From Chiloscyllium plagiosum (lineage: Eukaryota), in assembly GCF_004010195.1 (NCBI RefSeq), contig NC_057759.1, positions 2,337,199 to 2,401,198 of the forward strand: a stretch of DNA of 64,000 bases, in the 5' to 3' direction. The notes below the pieces were generated by a model, which was given only the letters and a program-made list of their open reading frames with translations, did no database searches and was not told the DNA's origin. Positions 49,404-61,470 of the stretch are shown piece after piece; the stretch's first letter is position 1; each line of letters begins with the position of its first letter. The translations under genes were made by a program, and so were the position numbers.

Positions 49404-52400
49404 TGGATAACGCAAATCATTTTCCCTCTGATTTTAGTTATATTCCACTCTATTGCTCGCCGGTGCTGATCTAATATCTCCATTGTTATGTTTCTGCTGA
49501 TCTCTGACTGTTGCAGAGATATTGCTCCACCTGTCATTTAGTGACAAACACTGGAAGGGAATGCCTTACTGAATAAAACATAGAATATACAAAAGTGCAG
49601 TACAGAACAGGCCCTTTAGCCCACGAGGTTGTGCAGGATACTACTCCAAGTGTAAAATAAAATAACTTCACCTACGCACTCCTCAATTCACTGCTATCAA
49701 TGTGCATGTCCAGCAGTCACTTTAATGTCCCTAATGACTCTGCTTCCATCATGACCACTGGCAATGCATTCACAACTCTTAAGAACCTTCCTCTGACGTC
49801 CCCTCTATATCTTTCTCCTAATATCTTAAAACGATGACTCCTCGTGCCCGTTAATCTTGCCCTTAGGAAAAGTCTCTGGCTATTGCATCTATCCATGCCT
49901 GTCATTACCTTGTATACCTCGATTAGGTCACCTCTCTTCCTCCTTCTCTCCAGAGGGAAAAGTCCGAACTTAATCAACCTCTCTTCATAAGGCAAACTCT
50001 CCAGTCCAGGCAGCATCCTGGTAAACCTTCTTTGCACCCTCTCCAAAGCCTCTTTCTCTTTTCTATAGTAGGGCGACCAGAACTGGACACAATATAACAA
50101 GGGTGGACTCAACAGGGTCTTGTGGAGCAATAGCAAAATCTTGCGGCTCTTAAACGTGATCCCCCTGTTAATGAAAGCCAAACACCATATGCTTTCTTAA
50201 CAATCCCATCCACCTGGGTGGCAACTTTGAGGGCTATATGTACTTGAACACTAACATTCCTCTGTTCTTCCACACTGCCAAGAATCCTGTCTTGAATTCT
50301 ATATTCAGCATTCGAGTTCGACCTTCCAAAATACACAGCTTCACATTTATCCAAGTTGAACTACATTTTCCATTTCTCAACCCAGGTCTGCATCCTGTCT
50401 ATGTCGTGCAGCAGCCTGCAATAGCCCTTGATACTATTAACTGTTTCTCCAAACTTTGTGCCAACTTGAAATTTACTAACACATCCTCAACCTCCTCATC
50501 CAATTCATTATTAAAAACCACAAAGAGCAGAGGCCCAAGAACAGAGCCCTGCGGGACCCCACTTAACACTGACCTCCAGACAGCATGCTTTCTATCCACA
50601 ACCACACTCTGCCTTTTGTCAGCCAACCAATTCTGAACCCATTGAGCCAAATCTCCCTGTATCCCATATTTCATGACTTTATCAATGAGCTTACATGGGG
50701 AAACTTATCAAGTGCCTTGCTGAAGTCCATACATAGCACATGCATTGCTTGACCTTTGTCAACATGTCTTGTCACCTCCTTAATTAACTCAATACGATTG
50801 TAAGGATGATCTGCTGACTGCCTTTAATCACGTTATGCTTTTCCAAATACTCATAAATCCTATCCGTCAGAATTCTTTCCAAAAACTTTGCTGACCGCAA
50901 ACGTAAGACTGGCTTGTCTGTAATTACTAGTGATTTCTCTATTAGCCTTCTTGAAAAACAGAACACCGTTCGCCTCCTTCCAATTCTCCAGTAAAACTCC
51001 CGTGGAGAGTGAGGCGGCAAAGATCTTCACCTGTGGCTTAGCAGTCTGCTTTCTCGCCTCCTGGACCAGCCCAGGATAAATCTGGTCTACCTGTGAAAAC
51101 TAACCAATCTTAATGTTTACCAAAATTTCCAGGACATCAACTTCATCGATCTTGATTTTGTAAAGCCTGTATCCTAGCTCATCAATGTACTCATTCACAA
51201 CTAGGCCCATTTCCTTAGTGAAAACCGAAGCAAGAAATTCATTTAGGGCTTCCCCTATCTGCTCAAACTCCATGCACAAGTTCCCTACTCTGTCCCTGAC
51301 CGGCCCCAACTTCTCCCAGATCATTCTCCTATTCCTCACGTACGTGTAAAATGCCTTTGGGTTCTCCCTAATCCTTCCCGCCAATCATTTTTCATGTCCC
51401 CTGCTGGCTGTTCTTAGTCCATTTCTGAGCTCCTTTCTAGCAAGCCTATAATCCTCTAAAGCTGTGGTCGATCCTTGTTTCCTCCACCCGACATAAGCTG
51501 CCTTCTTCCTTTTGACGAGAAGCTCCTCTGTTCTCATTATCCAAGGTTTCTTAATCTTACCCCTTCTTACCTGCCTCAGAGGAACAGAATCGTGCATCAC
51601 TTGCAACAACTGCTCCTTAAACAGTCTCCACATTCTGCTGTGCCGTTTCTTTGGGACAATTGCTCCCAGTCTGTACTTCCCAACTCCTGTCTGATAGCAT
51701 CATCATTTTCTTTTTTACCCAAATTAAATATCTTCCCTCGGTAACTACTACTTTCCCTCTGCAAGGCTATGGTAAATGTGAGGCAGTTGTGATCACTGTC
51801 GCCAAAGTGTTCTCTCACCTCGAGATCTGACACGTTCGTGGCTCATTGCCGAACACCAAATCCAAAGTGGCCCCTCCCCTCGTCGGTCTGTCTACCTGCT
51901 GAGTAAGGAAACCCTTCTGAACAAACCTGACGAACACAGCTCCATCCAAACCATCTGCACTAAGGTGGTTCCAATCGATATTGGGAAAGTTGAAATCACC
52001 CATAACAACAATCCTGCTACATCTGCATTTTTCCAAAATTTCCCGGCCTATCGGTTCTTCAATATGTCTACTGCTATTAGGGGGTCTGTAGAAAACTCTC
52101 TTGCTGTTCCTAACTTTCATCCATACTGACTCTTTAGACAAACCTTCCTCAACAACCTTCGTTTCTGTAGCTGTGATGCACTCTCTGATTAACAATGCTA
52201 CACCCCCTCCTCTTCTTCCACCCTCCCTGTTCTTTTTAAACGTTCTAAACACTGGAAAATCAAGCATCCATTCCAGCCCCTGTGAAACCCACGTCTCCCT
52301 TACGGGCGCAACATCATTGTCCCAAGTACTGATCCATGCTCTAAGTTCATCACTCTTATTTCTGACACTTCTTGCGTTTAAGCTGACACACTTTTACCGA

Positions 52401-52641
52401 TCGTATGGTTTCATTGCGTGAGAAACCTTTCTGATAGATTAACTACATCCTGTCACTGCCCTATCTTCAACTGCCCTCCTCCCAGATATGTGGTTCTGAT
52501 TCCCACACCCCTGTGAAACTAATTTAAACCATCCTGAACCACACGAGCAAATCTCTCACCCAGGATATTTGACCCCCTCCAGTTCAAGTGCAACCCGTTC
52601 TTTATATACAGGTCCCACATTCCCCAGAAGGCATCTTCTTC

Positions 52642-52876
52642 GTGGGCACAGTGGTTAGCACTGCTGCTTCATAGCGCCATAGACCCAGGTTCAATTCCCG
52701 CCTCAGGCGACTGACTGTGTGGAGTTTGCACATTCGCCCTGTGTCTGCATGGGTTTTCTCCGGGTGCTCCGGTTTCCTCCCACAGTCCAAAAATGTGCAG
52801 TCTGGGGAATTGGCCATGCTAAATTGCCCATAGTGTTAGGGGAATGGGTCTGGGTGGGTTGTGCTTCGGCAGGTCA
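52642..52876 (+). mobile_element. HE1-like SINE, 3'-truncated, inside the CR1 ORF1 C-terminus
   Basis: CACAGTGGTTAGCACTGCTGC...GGTTCAATTCCCGCCTCAGGCGACTGACTGTGTGGAGTTTGCACATT. Confidence 0.88.
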
Positions 52877-52904
52877 GTACCTGACTGTTGCTTCCCTCAC
52901 TATT

Positions 52905-53630
52905 TCATGGCACTAGTAGCAAACCCGGGATTACGACTCTACTCGTCCTGCTCTTCAGCTTCCAACCTAACTCTCTGTAGTCAATTTTCAGATCCTCAAT
53001 CCCTTTCCTGGCTATACCATTGGTGCCAATATGTACCACGGTTTCTGGCTGCTCACCCACCCCCTTCAGAATTTTGTAAACCTGATCGGCGACATCCTGG
53101 ACCCTGGCACCGGGGAGGCAGCATACCTGCCGGGAGTCCTGTTCCTGACCACAAACTCTCCTGTCAATCCGTCTAACTATTGAGTCCCCTACCAATAGCG
53201 CTTTTCTATTCTCCCAACTTCCTTTCTGAGCCATAGTGCCAGGCTCAGTGTCAGAGACCTGACAGCTATGGCTTTCCCCTGGTAGGCCATCCCCACCAGC
53301 AATATCCAAAACCGTGTACTTATTGCTGAGGGGAACAACCACAGGGGATCCATGCTCTGACCGCAGGTTCCCTCTCTTACACCTGACCGTAACCCAGCTG
53401 TCCTTATCCTGTATCTGAGGAGTCACTATCTCCGGGTATATGCTCTCAATTTCTCCCTCAGCATCCCGGATGATCTGTAGTTCATCCAGCTCCAGCTCCA
53501 GTTCCATAATTTGGTTTTCGAGGAGCTGGAGTTGGATGCATGTCCCGCAGATGTAGTAGGCAGAGACATGTGAAGTGTCTCTCACCTGCCACATTCTGTC
53601 GGTGGAGTATGCAACTGCCCTAACATCCAC
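52905..53630 (-). CDS. CR1 LINE ORF1 remnant: Zn-finger/leucine-zipper plus SGNH-type esterase (241 aa, truncated)
   Basis: CGTC, heptad LLENQIMELELELDEL, LLVGDSIVR (block I), CCLPGARV, VVHIGTN (block III). Confidence 0.75.
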   Translation of the reverse strand: MDVRAVAYSTDRMWQVRDTSHVSAYYICGTCIQLQLLENQIMELELELDELQIIRDAEGEIESIYPEIVTPQIQDKDSWVTVRCKRGNLRSEHGSPVVVPLSNKYTVLDIAGGDGLPGESHSCQVSDTEPGTMAQKGSWENRKALLVGDSIVRRIDRRVCGQEQDSRQVCCLPGARVQDVADQVYKILKGVGEQPETVVHIGTNGIARKGIEDLKIDYRELGWKLKSRTSRVVIPGLLLVP

Positions 53631-54830
53631 ATCCCGCTACTCTGAAAGCCTGCACAGGACTAAACAAAGGAAGAGAAGAGATCACACCCACTTAAACAAC
53701 ACCAGACAACCCTCGTTTCTCTCCGCCCTCTGTCTGCACCACTCCGTTCAAAAAGAAAAATGTATGTTACTCATCTTCCCAGCAGGAATTTGCTCCTTCC
53801 TCGCACCTCTCGGCAAATGGAGGCCCCGACGCCTGAGATAAGTTTTTTTTAAAACTGTCATACTCACCTTCCTAGCCGTCCTTCACTCCTCACTCGCCTC
53901 GCTTGGAGAAATGAACAATTAGTTGCAGTGTTGATGGTGATTGCTGGGAATAGGTAGCTTACCGACCGACAGAGAGGGTTTATAGATGCACCCTAGAAAG
54001 TATTGAATTTGGAGACATGACAACTACTCTTCCCAAGATGTCAAGAAACCACAGAGAGACATGAACACAGCCCAGTCCATCATGAAAACTAGGCTTCCGT
54101 CCAAAGATTCTATCTTGGTCATGATGCTGTAGTTTGAAGAGGGGTATTTTGTCCTTTTATAAAGATAGGTAAATGCAAAGGTGTGACCAGTCCACCAGAA
54201 CAAGGAGAGTAACCGTTTGTGAGGCCTTAAATGGATGGAGCCAGCTCTCAAACTAGGATTTCTACAATGATTTTCGTTTAGCTTTGATCAGATGCTGCTT
54301 TGGGCTTGAAGAAGTGTAATTGTAATTTTTTTCCCTCTCTCTTTGCTGTCAAATGCTGGGACTTATTTTTTTAGACGGTGAGATTGCATATGAGACATCT
54401 ATTTTTCTGAATTTGTCTTTTTTGTCAAAGGTATGTTTATGGTTTTTTTCCAAATTGGAACAGGTTATTAGTAATCCTTAGTGTATCTATTATTCTGTTA
54501 AAATTTCCAACAGAGATAAATTATTCCAAATTACTCCTTCTTTAATTGCATTTTAATTATAATGTATAAATAAGTCGCGTTTTGCTTAATGCTGAGTAGC
54601 TTGAACTATCAAGGCAAGAACGGGGTCACGCTCTTTGGGACCTGGGATAATTAATCTCACATCCTCTCACCTCTGGTCAGATTACTCGCAGGTGCTGGAA
54701 ATATGGCTCATGGGGGTCGGAGTGTGCTCATAAATCCGAGAGAAGGACATTGCCAATTTAAGACAGGAACTGGGCATTTGAGACAACGGCTCCCCCTCCA
54801 ATGCAGGTCACCTTGGTCATTATTTGTAGG

Positions 54831-54865
<35 letters not shown>

Positions 54866-55472
54866 CTTTAGGCGGCGCATTACTGGCCCATTCCCTGAAC
54901 CTGTGCTATTACAATCACACGAGCCCTCTTCCATTTTTTTCTGGTGGTCAAGATTGGACCATGTCAGTAGGGACACAATGTACAAACCTCTGGATTAGGG
55001 AGGGAAAAACGTAACAAATTCATCCCTCATCCTGATGGTCACCTGTTTGTGCGGGTCCGTTAAGCTATACAGCCAGGTGTCATTATGTACGTAGGTCCTA
55101 CATGTGATGAAGCATGGGATCGTTCTGTATTACCCCACATCTGTTAATAACTTCGCCAAGAAATCGAAAACATAACTTTGACCTGAAGTCCATATGGAAG
55201 AGGTCAGCGTGTAGCGTTCTTCAGATCATACAGAAAAACGAAAGGGTGGATCCTGATGAGTTGTTCCCTGAGCCAATTGTCAAAGTCATTTGCAGAATGC
55301 CACAGTGCCTGAACCTTCCAACAAGCATCAAATCATAATGTGGCTGGTAGGGAGAAAGGCATGACACGTCAGACGTGGAATCTGAGGGCCACAGCATGCA
55401 GTCAACGAAGTAGATGGAGGTGGGGTGTTTGAGACTGCCATATATCTTCTGCTGGAATCAGACTATGCAAAG

Positions 55473-57283
55473 TAATTTAAAAATCACACACCAGGGTATA
55501 GTCCAACAGGTTCATAATTGGAAGCACATTAGCTTTCAGAGCATCGCTCCTTCATCAGATGATAGTGGAGGACTCAATCCTAAAACACAGGATTTACAGC
55601 AAAAATTTACAGTGTGATGTAACTGAAATTATACATTCAAAAATATTTTGATTGTATGTTGAGTCTTTCATCTGTTTGAATACCATGATAGTTTCACATT
55701 TTTGATGTGTAAATCACAAAACCTTTTCTTTTAAAATTGCATTCTCAGGTTAGCTGTAACAATGGGTGATAGCTAGACAATATGTTGTAGGTGTTAGCCC
55801 CATGTACTCTCTCTCTATGTCATGATGTTTAGATGGATTCTAATCTAAAAAGTGAGATTACAGGGTTTTACATGAATTCAGGTAGTTTTGAGCAAAGTAC
55901 AATATAATTCTGCAAGTACAAATTCACCTCACAAAATATATGTGTGCAAGTGGGTCTTTGTGTGTGTGCGTCTGTCTGGGTTGGGGGTTGTGAGTGTAAT
56001 GGTGGTATCTATGTCCACGCTCTGACACCATTACACGTGGGGACACCTCCCACCTTGTTCTTGGCAGGTACTCATGTGACTCCGCCAACGTTGTCTATCT
56101 TATACGTTGTAGCCAAGAATGCCCATGGGCATGGTGCATTGAGGAAACCGAGCAAAAGCTACGACAACGGATGAATGGGCTCCACAGAACTGAAGTGGGT
56201 AACACTTCAGTGGTCCAGGACATTCGACCTCGGACCTTCGGGTGACCATCCTCCAAGGCGGATTTCGGGAGAGGCAGCAGCGAAAAGTGATCGAGCAGAG
56301 GCTGATAGCTAAGTTCAGTACCCTTAGGGAGGGCCTCAACCGGGACCTTGGATTCATGTCACATTTCAGGTGACCACCATTGCACTATACACACCTACAG
56401 ACACTCCTACATACACTCCCACACACACACATACACACACACAGGCACTCCTATCCACACATACACATGGACACACATATACACAGACACACACACACAC
56501 CCTTACAGACACACACACTCCCACACTCACACATACATCCTCTCAGAGACTTAGACGACTCTACACTCAAGCACGCACACATACATTCTCTCTTACAGAC
56601 ACTCATAAACCCCCACCCCAGACATGCACACACACACTCCCACACTCACACATGCACCCCCTCACAGACTTAAGACACTCTACACTCACTACACACACAC
56701 ATACACTCTCTCACACACTCACAACCCCTAACCCAGACAGACACACACACACATAGACAAAGACCCACATGCACACATAGATTTTGTGGGGTGAATTTGT
56801 ACTTGCAGAGTTGCATTGTGCTTTGCTGAAAAACTGCATGAATTCATGTAAAACTCTGTTATCTCACTTTTTAGATTTGAATCAATTTAAACATCATGAC
56901 ATAGACAGAGAACACGAGGGGCTAACACCTTCAACATATTGTCCAGCTATCACACAGTGTTACTGTTAACCTGAGAATGAAACTTTTTTAAAAAGAAGGT
57001 TTTGTGATTTACACATGAAAGAAGTGAAACTATCATGATATTCAAAGAGATGAAAGACTCAACAGACAATCAAGGTATTTTTCAATGTATAATTTCAGTT
57101 ACATCACACTGTAAATTTTTGCTATAACTTCTGTGTTTTAGGATTGAGTCCTCCACTATCACCTGATGAAGGAGCGACGCTCCGAAAGCTAATGTGCGTC
57201 CAATTAAACCTGTTGGACTATAACCTGGTGTTGTCTGATTTCTAACTGTGTGCACCCCAGTCCAACACCGGCATCTCCAAAAT
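55473..57283 (+). mobile_element. Penelope-like insertion: inverted terminal copy, GIY-YIG fragment, (CA)-rich tract and terminal repeat
   Basis: 9-bp flanking duplication TATGCAAAG (55464-55472, 57284-57292); about 55478-55990 is an inverted copy of about 56720-57243; GIY-YIG-like segment about 56030-56370 (LRQRMNG, HFSGPGH, EQRLIAKF...GLNRD). Confidence 0.85.
57158..57196 (+). ncRNA. Hammerhead ribozyme-like motif in a Penelope terminal repeat (inverted copy at about 55524-55562)
   Basis: CAC-CUGAUGA-A-GGAGC-GAC-GCUCC-GAAA-GCUA: both core boxes, 5-bp stem II, palindromic AGCU; stem I is imperfect. Confidence 0.55.
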
Positions 57284-58094
57284 TATGCAAAGGAAGTTTG
57301 AAGAGACGCAGTGTTTTTCGTGAAGGTCCATCCTAAGCAGCTCCTAGACGCAGGACTCTGCTCTGTAGTAATTTCCCTTGCGATATGTACTGATACAAAC
57401 ATTTACTTTGTCTAGAGGACTATCAACTCCGTGAGACACTCTCTTTACTCTGCCTGAAACCGTTCGTACTCCAAAACAAGGAGGTGACCTTGATCGAACT
57501 CGATATGCAGACTGCCATATTCTAAGTTCCTGGATTACATGCAGAGGCACTGAAGGTTGGAGCATTTGCAACCAAGGTGCATGGGCAAATACACTCTCTA
57601 AGGTCTTTCGGCCAAATCAAATGGAGGTCCATGGAGTTTTGCGCTCTCACGGTGCCTCCAATATATGTAAAGTTTATTGTGCAGAAATTAGAGCTGCATT
57701 GAGTTTGTTAGTTGGCACTATTGGGAAAGTTGAATTCAATGTTTATTTGTCTCAATATACTAAGATTGTGCAAGTGATTCTGCATGTATATAAGGATTAT
57801 CTTATGCATGAAATATATTACTGCAATGAAGAAAATTGAGCCTCTGACATTGCAGCTCACTGCTGACATTCTTGCCTATTCCTGTTCCTATTTCTATGAT
57901 TTTATGGAAATTAGAAGGCATGGTGCTTGTAGGTTCTGAGGAAGCACAGGAAAGATAAAACAAACTGATCCCTCGTGCACTCACTACAAAAGACCATTTC
58001 ATCCAGGATAAAGCTCTCTTATCCCACTGTAATTACTCAAGCATTCATAAAATAGATACAATCTCGATGAAACAGAGTCCAATGAAATGATATC

Positions 58095-59035
58095 ACTTTC
58101 AATTCATATAAATGATTGGATGTGAATACAAGAGGTGTGGTTAATACATTTGCAGATTACATTAAAATTATTATTGTAGTGGACAGTGAAAATTACCTCA
58201 GAGTAGAAGGGGACCTTGACCAGACGATCGTTTAGGCCGGGGAGTGGCAGATAGAGTTCAATTTAGATAGATATGAGGTGTTGAATTTTCATAGGGTAAA
58301 TCAGTGTAGGGTTTACTCATTTAGTGGAAAGGTCCTGTCGAGTGTAGCCATACAAGTGACTTTAGAGTGCAGATTCATTTTCCCTTGAATGTGAAGTTGC
58401 AGTTGAATGGGGCAGTGCAGAACACATTTGGTATGCTTGCCATCATTTGTCAGTGTATAAAGTACACGGGTTGCGAGGTCATGTTGTGCCTATAGTGGAC
58501 TTGGTTTAGCCACGTAATGAATACTGCGTTCAGTTCCACTCTCCCTGCTACAGAAAGGATAATGTGAAACCTGAATGGGTTCATAAAAACTTAACAAGGA
58601 TGCTGCGAGGATTGGAGCACGAAGAAGAGACTGAATAGGCTGTGGTTACTTTCCATGGATACTCCAAGGCTATAGAAGTTTATAAAGTTATCAAGAGGAT
58701 GGATAGTCTGAATAGCCAAGGTCTTTTCCCCAGGGTAATTAAGACAAAAACTACAAGATATTGGTTCAAGGACAAAGGATAAAGTTTTTGAAAAAGGACC
58801 TAAGGTCCAACCTTTTCACAGATGGTGGTGCCAGAAACAACTACCAGATAAGGAAGAGGAGGTTGGAACAATTACAACAGTTAAAAATGCACCTGGCTGG
58901 GTTTATGGGGTGGTAGGGTTTTAGGGGTATATTGCCCGAATACTGCCAAATGAGATTAGATTAATATAGAATATCTGTCAGCATGGAGAAGTTGTATGAA
59001 GAGTTTGTTTCTGCACTGCGTTATTTGTATGTTTC
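58095..59035 (+). mobile_element. CR1-like LINE 3' fragment, degraded
   Basis: VNTFADYIKI, EYCVQFHSPCYRKD and LTRML motifs. Confidence 0.8.
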
Positions 59036-59199
59036 CAAAGCCATCCCTTGTTGGTGTTATGTATATTTGAACAGAGGAGAAGTAACATTTTCTTGACTTT
59101 TCAACTTAGCCAGAATGTGCTAGCCATTCCCCAAGGTGTTGTGTGGAATTTTGGGATGAGCTGTGACTGCAGTTCTTGATTGGCCCACTATGCTGTCAG

Positions 59200-59410
59200 A
59201 TAGTGAGAGAAAGAGAGGTAGAGAGACAGATCGTCAGAAAAGAGAGATAGAGAGAGAGAGAGAAAGATAGAGAGAAAGAGAGAGAGAAAGAAAAAAATAA
59301 ACAGAAAAGAGAGAGAGAAAGAAATAAAGAGAAGAGAGAGAGAAAGCGAGAGAAAAAGAGAGGTAGAGAGAAAAAGCGAGCGAGGGAAAAACAGAGAGAG
59401 AGCGAGAGCT
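59200..59410. repeat. (GA)-rich simple repeat
   Basis: Direct inspection; other (GA/CT)n tracts at 7948-7983, 31285-31330, 54834-54862 and 61323-61362. Confidence 0.9.
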
Positions 59411-59699
59411 AGATTGCTTGATTGAGAATTTATTACTGAAGTGTAAATGAGCAACGTAGTGGGATTTCAATGTCCTGATGTTGTTTTTGTTGAAAGTTGA
59501 CAAGTAGGTTTCTGATACTGGAAGATATTGTATTTCCAGGAGGGAGTGCAAGGGAGAACACCTACAGAATGCAGACACTTAACTATTCACAAAGATCCAT
59601 ATTAATTTAACGTTAAGATGGTTAAGAAGTAGCAGCTCAGATCTAACGCTGTAGTTAATCAGACAGGAAACATTTCTAAGACATGATAGTCAAGGATGT

Positions 59700-60032
59700 T
59701 CGTAGAATCCCTACAGTATGGAAAGACGCCATTCAGCTCAACAAGTCCACACCGAACCTCCAAAGAATAACCCTTTCAGACCCATTCCCCTCAGCTATTA
59801 TCCTATATTTACCACTGACTAATGCACCTAACCTGCACATCCCTGAGACTATGGGCAATTTAGCACAGCGAATTCACCCAACCTGCACATCTTTGATGTG
59901 TGGGAGGTAACCAATGCAGACACATGAATAACAGGCAAGCTCTAAAGAGACCGTCGACGGAGGCTGAAATAGAACGCGGGTCTCTGGCGTTGTGAGGCAT
60001 TAGTATTTACCTCTGAGCCACTGTGTCACCCA
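59700..60032 (-). mobile_element. HE1-like SINE, diverged
   Basis: Reverse strand has the head GGTGACACAGTGGCTCAGAGG...GACCCGCGTTC, the core GTGCAGGTTGGGTGAATT and a CR1-type tail. Confidence 0.8.
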
Positions 60033-60584
60033 TGTGCTGGCATTAGAGAGGAATCTAGCATCCGAGATTGTGGAAGCATAGCCCTGCTTCTTACTCCATT
60101 TTAAATAACCATTCAAGAAAGTAAACAATCCTCAGTGATAAAAAGCTAATGTCATAAATGGGAAGGTGATAGCGTTATTATCACTGTACTATTAATCCAT
60201 TAAGCAAACCATGCTCTGGAGACCTGGGTTCCATGTGGAGTCTATTTGGGGGAGGGGGCTATGACAATCTGAAGGTATTTTGGGCTGAAAACATTTTCAG
60301 GGGGTGGGGGAGGGGAGATGGGGTGCTTTCTGAGGTGCCAGGGGTGTGAGCAATCTGAGGAGGAATGAGTGGCACTGTCTGGGGTGTTCAGTGTGGGGAA
60401 GGTAGAAAGGGACAGGTGTACTTCCATGAACATTTCTTCTGAGCTTCAAAGACACAAAGTCTCAATTATTTGAGTTGGATGTCAATCCCTATTTGAGAAT
60501 ATCTATACATTTGAAAGTAAGTAATAAAAATAAACGCATCGAAGAAATATTTAGATGAGCATTTTGCGATGCCAAGGCTTATAA

Positions 60585-61307
60585 AGTTAAAAGTCACAAC
60601 ACCAGATTATAGTCCAACAGTTTTACTTGAACGCACTTGCTTTCAGAACCTTGCTGCTTCATAAGATGGCTATGGGACAAGATCATAACAAACGGAATAT
60701 ACAGTATAAACCATTGTGTCATGCAACTGATATGATATATTGAACAAACTTAGATAGGTGCAAAATCGTTCATCTTTTAGAATGGATTGCAGGTTTCGAT
60801 TAATTAACAAGGAAATCCCAGAACTGCTTTTAAGTCACATTCCCGAGATAACTTAAGATTTTATTTTTTTAAAAAGATGCATTAAAGGTGTGAGGTTAGA
60901 GTCTGTCTATATTCCAATCATGAGACAGACTGGTTCTATTTCCAAGATAGGAGTTATAAGTGGCACATGTTTTGACTGCCTACATTGACTATACGGAGAT
61001 TGCGTGCTTATTGAGTAAAATGCAATGTATCTCAAATGCAATTATGCTATTGCAAATTATCTTTCTCTCCCTCACATCATGCACAGAGACTTTTCTGTGT
61101 GTAGGTGTAGGAGAGATTGCGAGTGTGAGGGTGTGCATGTGAATGTGTGTGTGTGAGTGTGGCAGAATACAAGCTTTTGTGAATGTGTAGGTGTGAGCGT
61201 GGTGGTGTATTTATCTGTCTGAGAGAGAGTGTGTGTATGAGAGAGGGTCTGCCTGAGTGTGTTCGTATGTAAAGCTTTGTGTGTGTGTGCGTGCGTGTGT
61301 GTATGTA

Positions 61308-61367
<60 letters not shown>

Positions 61368-61470
61368 GGTCACCTGTAGTGTGACTTGAACCCAAGGTCC
61401 TGGTTGATGCCATCCTCATGGGTAACAAACTTGGCTATCAGCGTCTGCTCAGTCACTCTGCATTGATATT
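60585..61470 (-). mobile_element. Penelope-like terminal fragment related to the 55473-57283 family
   Basis: ACAACACCAGATTATAGTCCAACAG start, (GT)/(GA) tract and the reverse of the QRLIAKF..HE.G.N.DLG segment. Confidence 0.7.

Larger units (their letters stand above)
49575..53900 (-). mobile_element. Near full-length CR1/HER1-like LINE, disabled
   Basis: ORF1 at 53630-52905, endonuclease (VMGDFNFPNIDW, DSDHNCLTF), RT (GVPQGSVLGPLLF) and C-terminus (YCVQFWSPYYRK...RRFTRMLPGL); 3' tail near 49578. The 5' boundary is approximate. Confidence 0.93.
55050..57620 (+). mobile_element. Tx1/L1-clade LINE ORF2 C-terminal remnant, split by a Penelope-like insertion (pieces about 55050-55472 and 57284-57620)
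   Basis: SACSVLQII..NERVDP..LFPEPIVKVIC and YLLLES.YAKEV resemble the Cys-rich C-terminus of Tx1-type ORF2; recognised by eye only. Confidence 0.55.

Noticed and set aside
56348..56756. His/Thr-rich ORFs (also 61072-61428) and Leu/Ser/Phe-rich ORFs at 59188-59578
   Set aside because: They are translations of (CA)n and (GA)n simple repeats.
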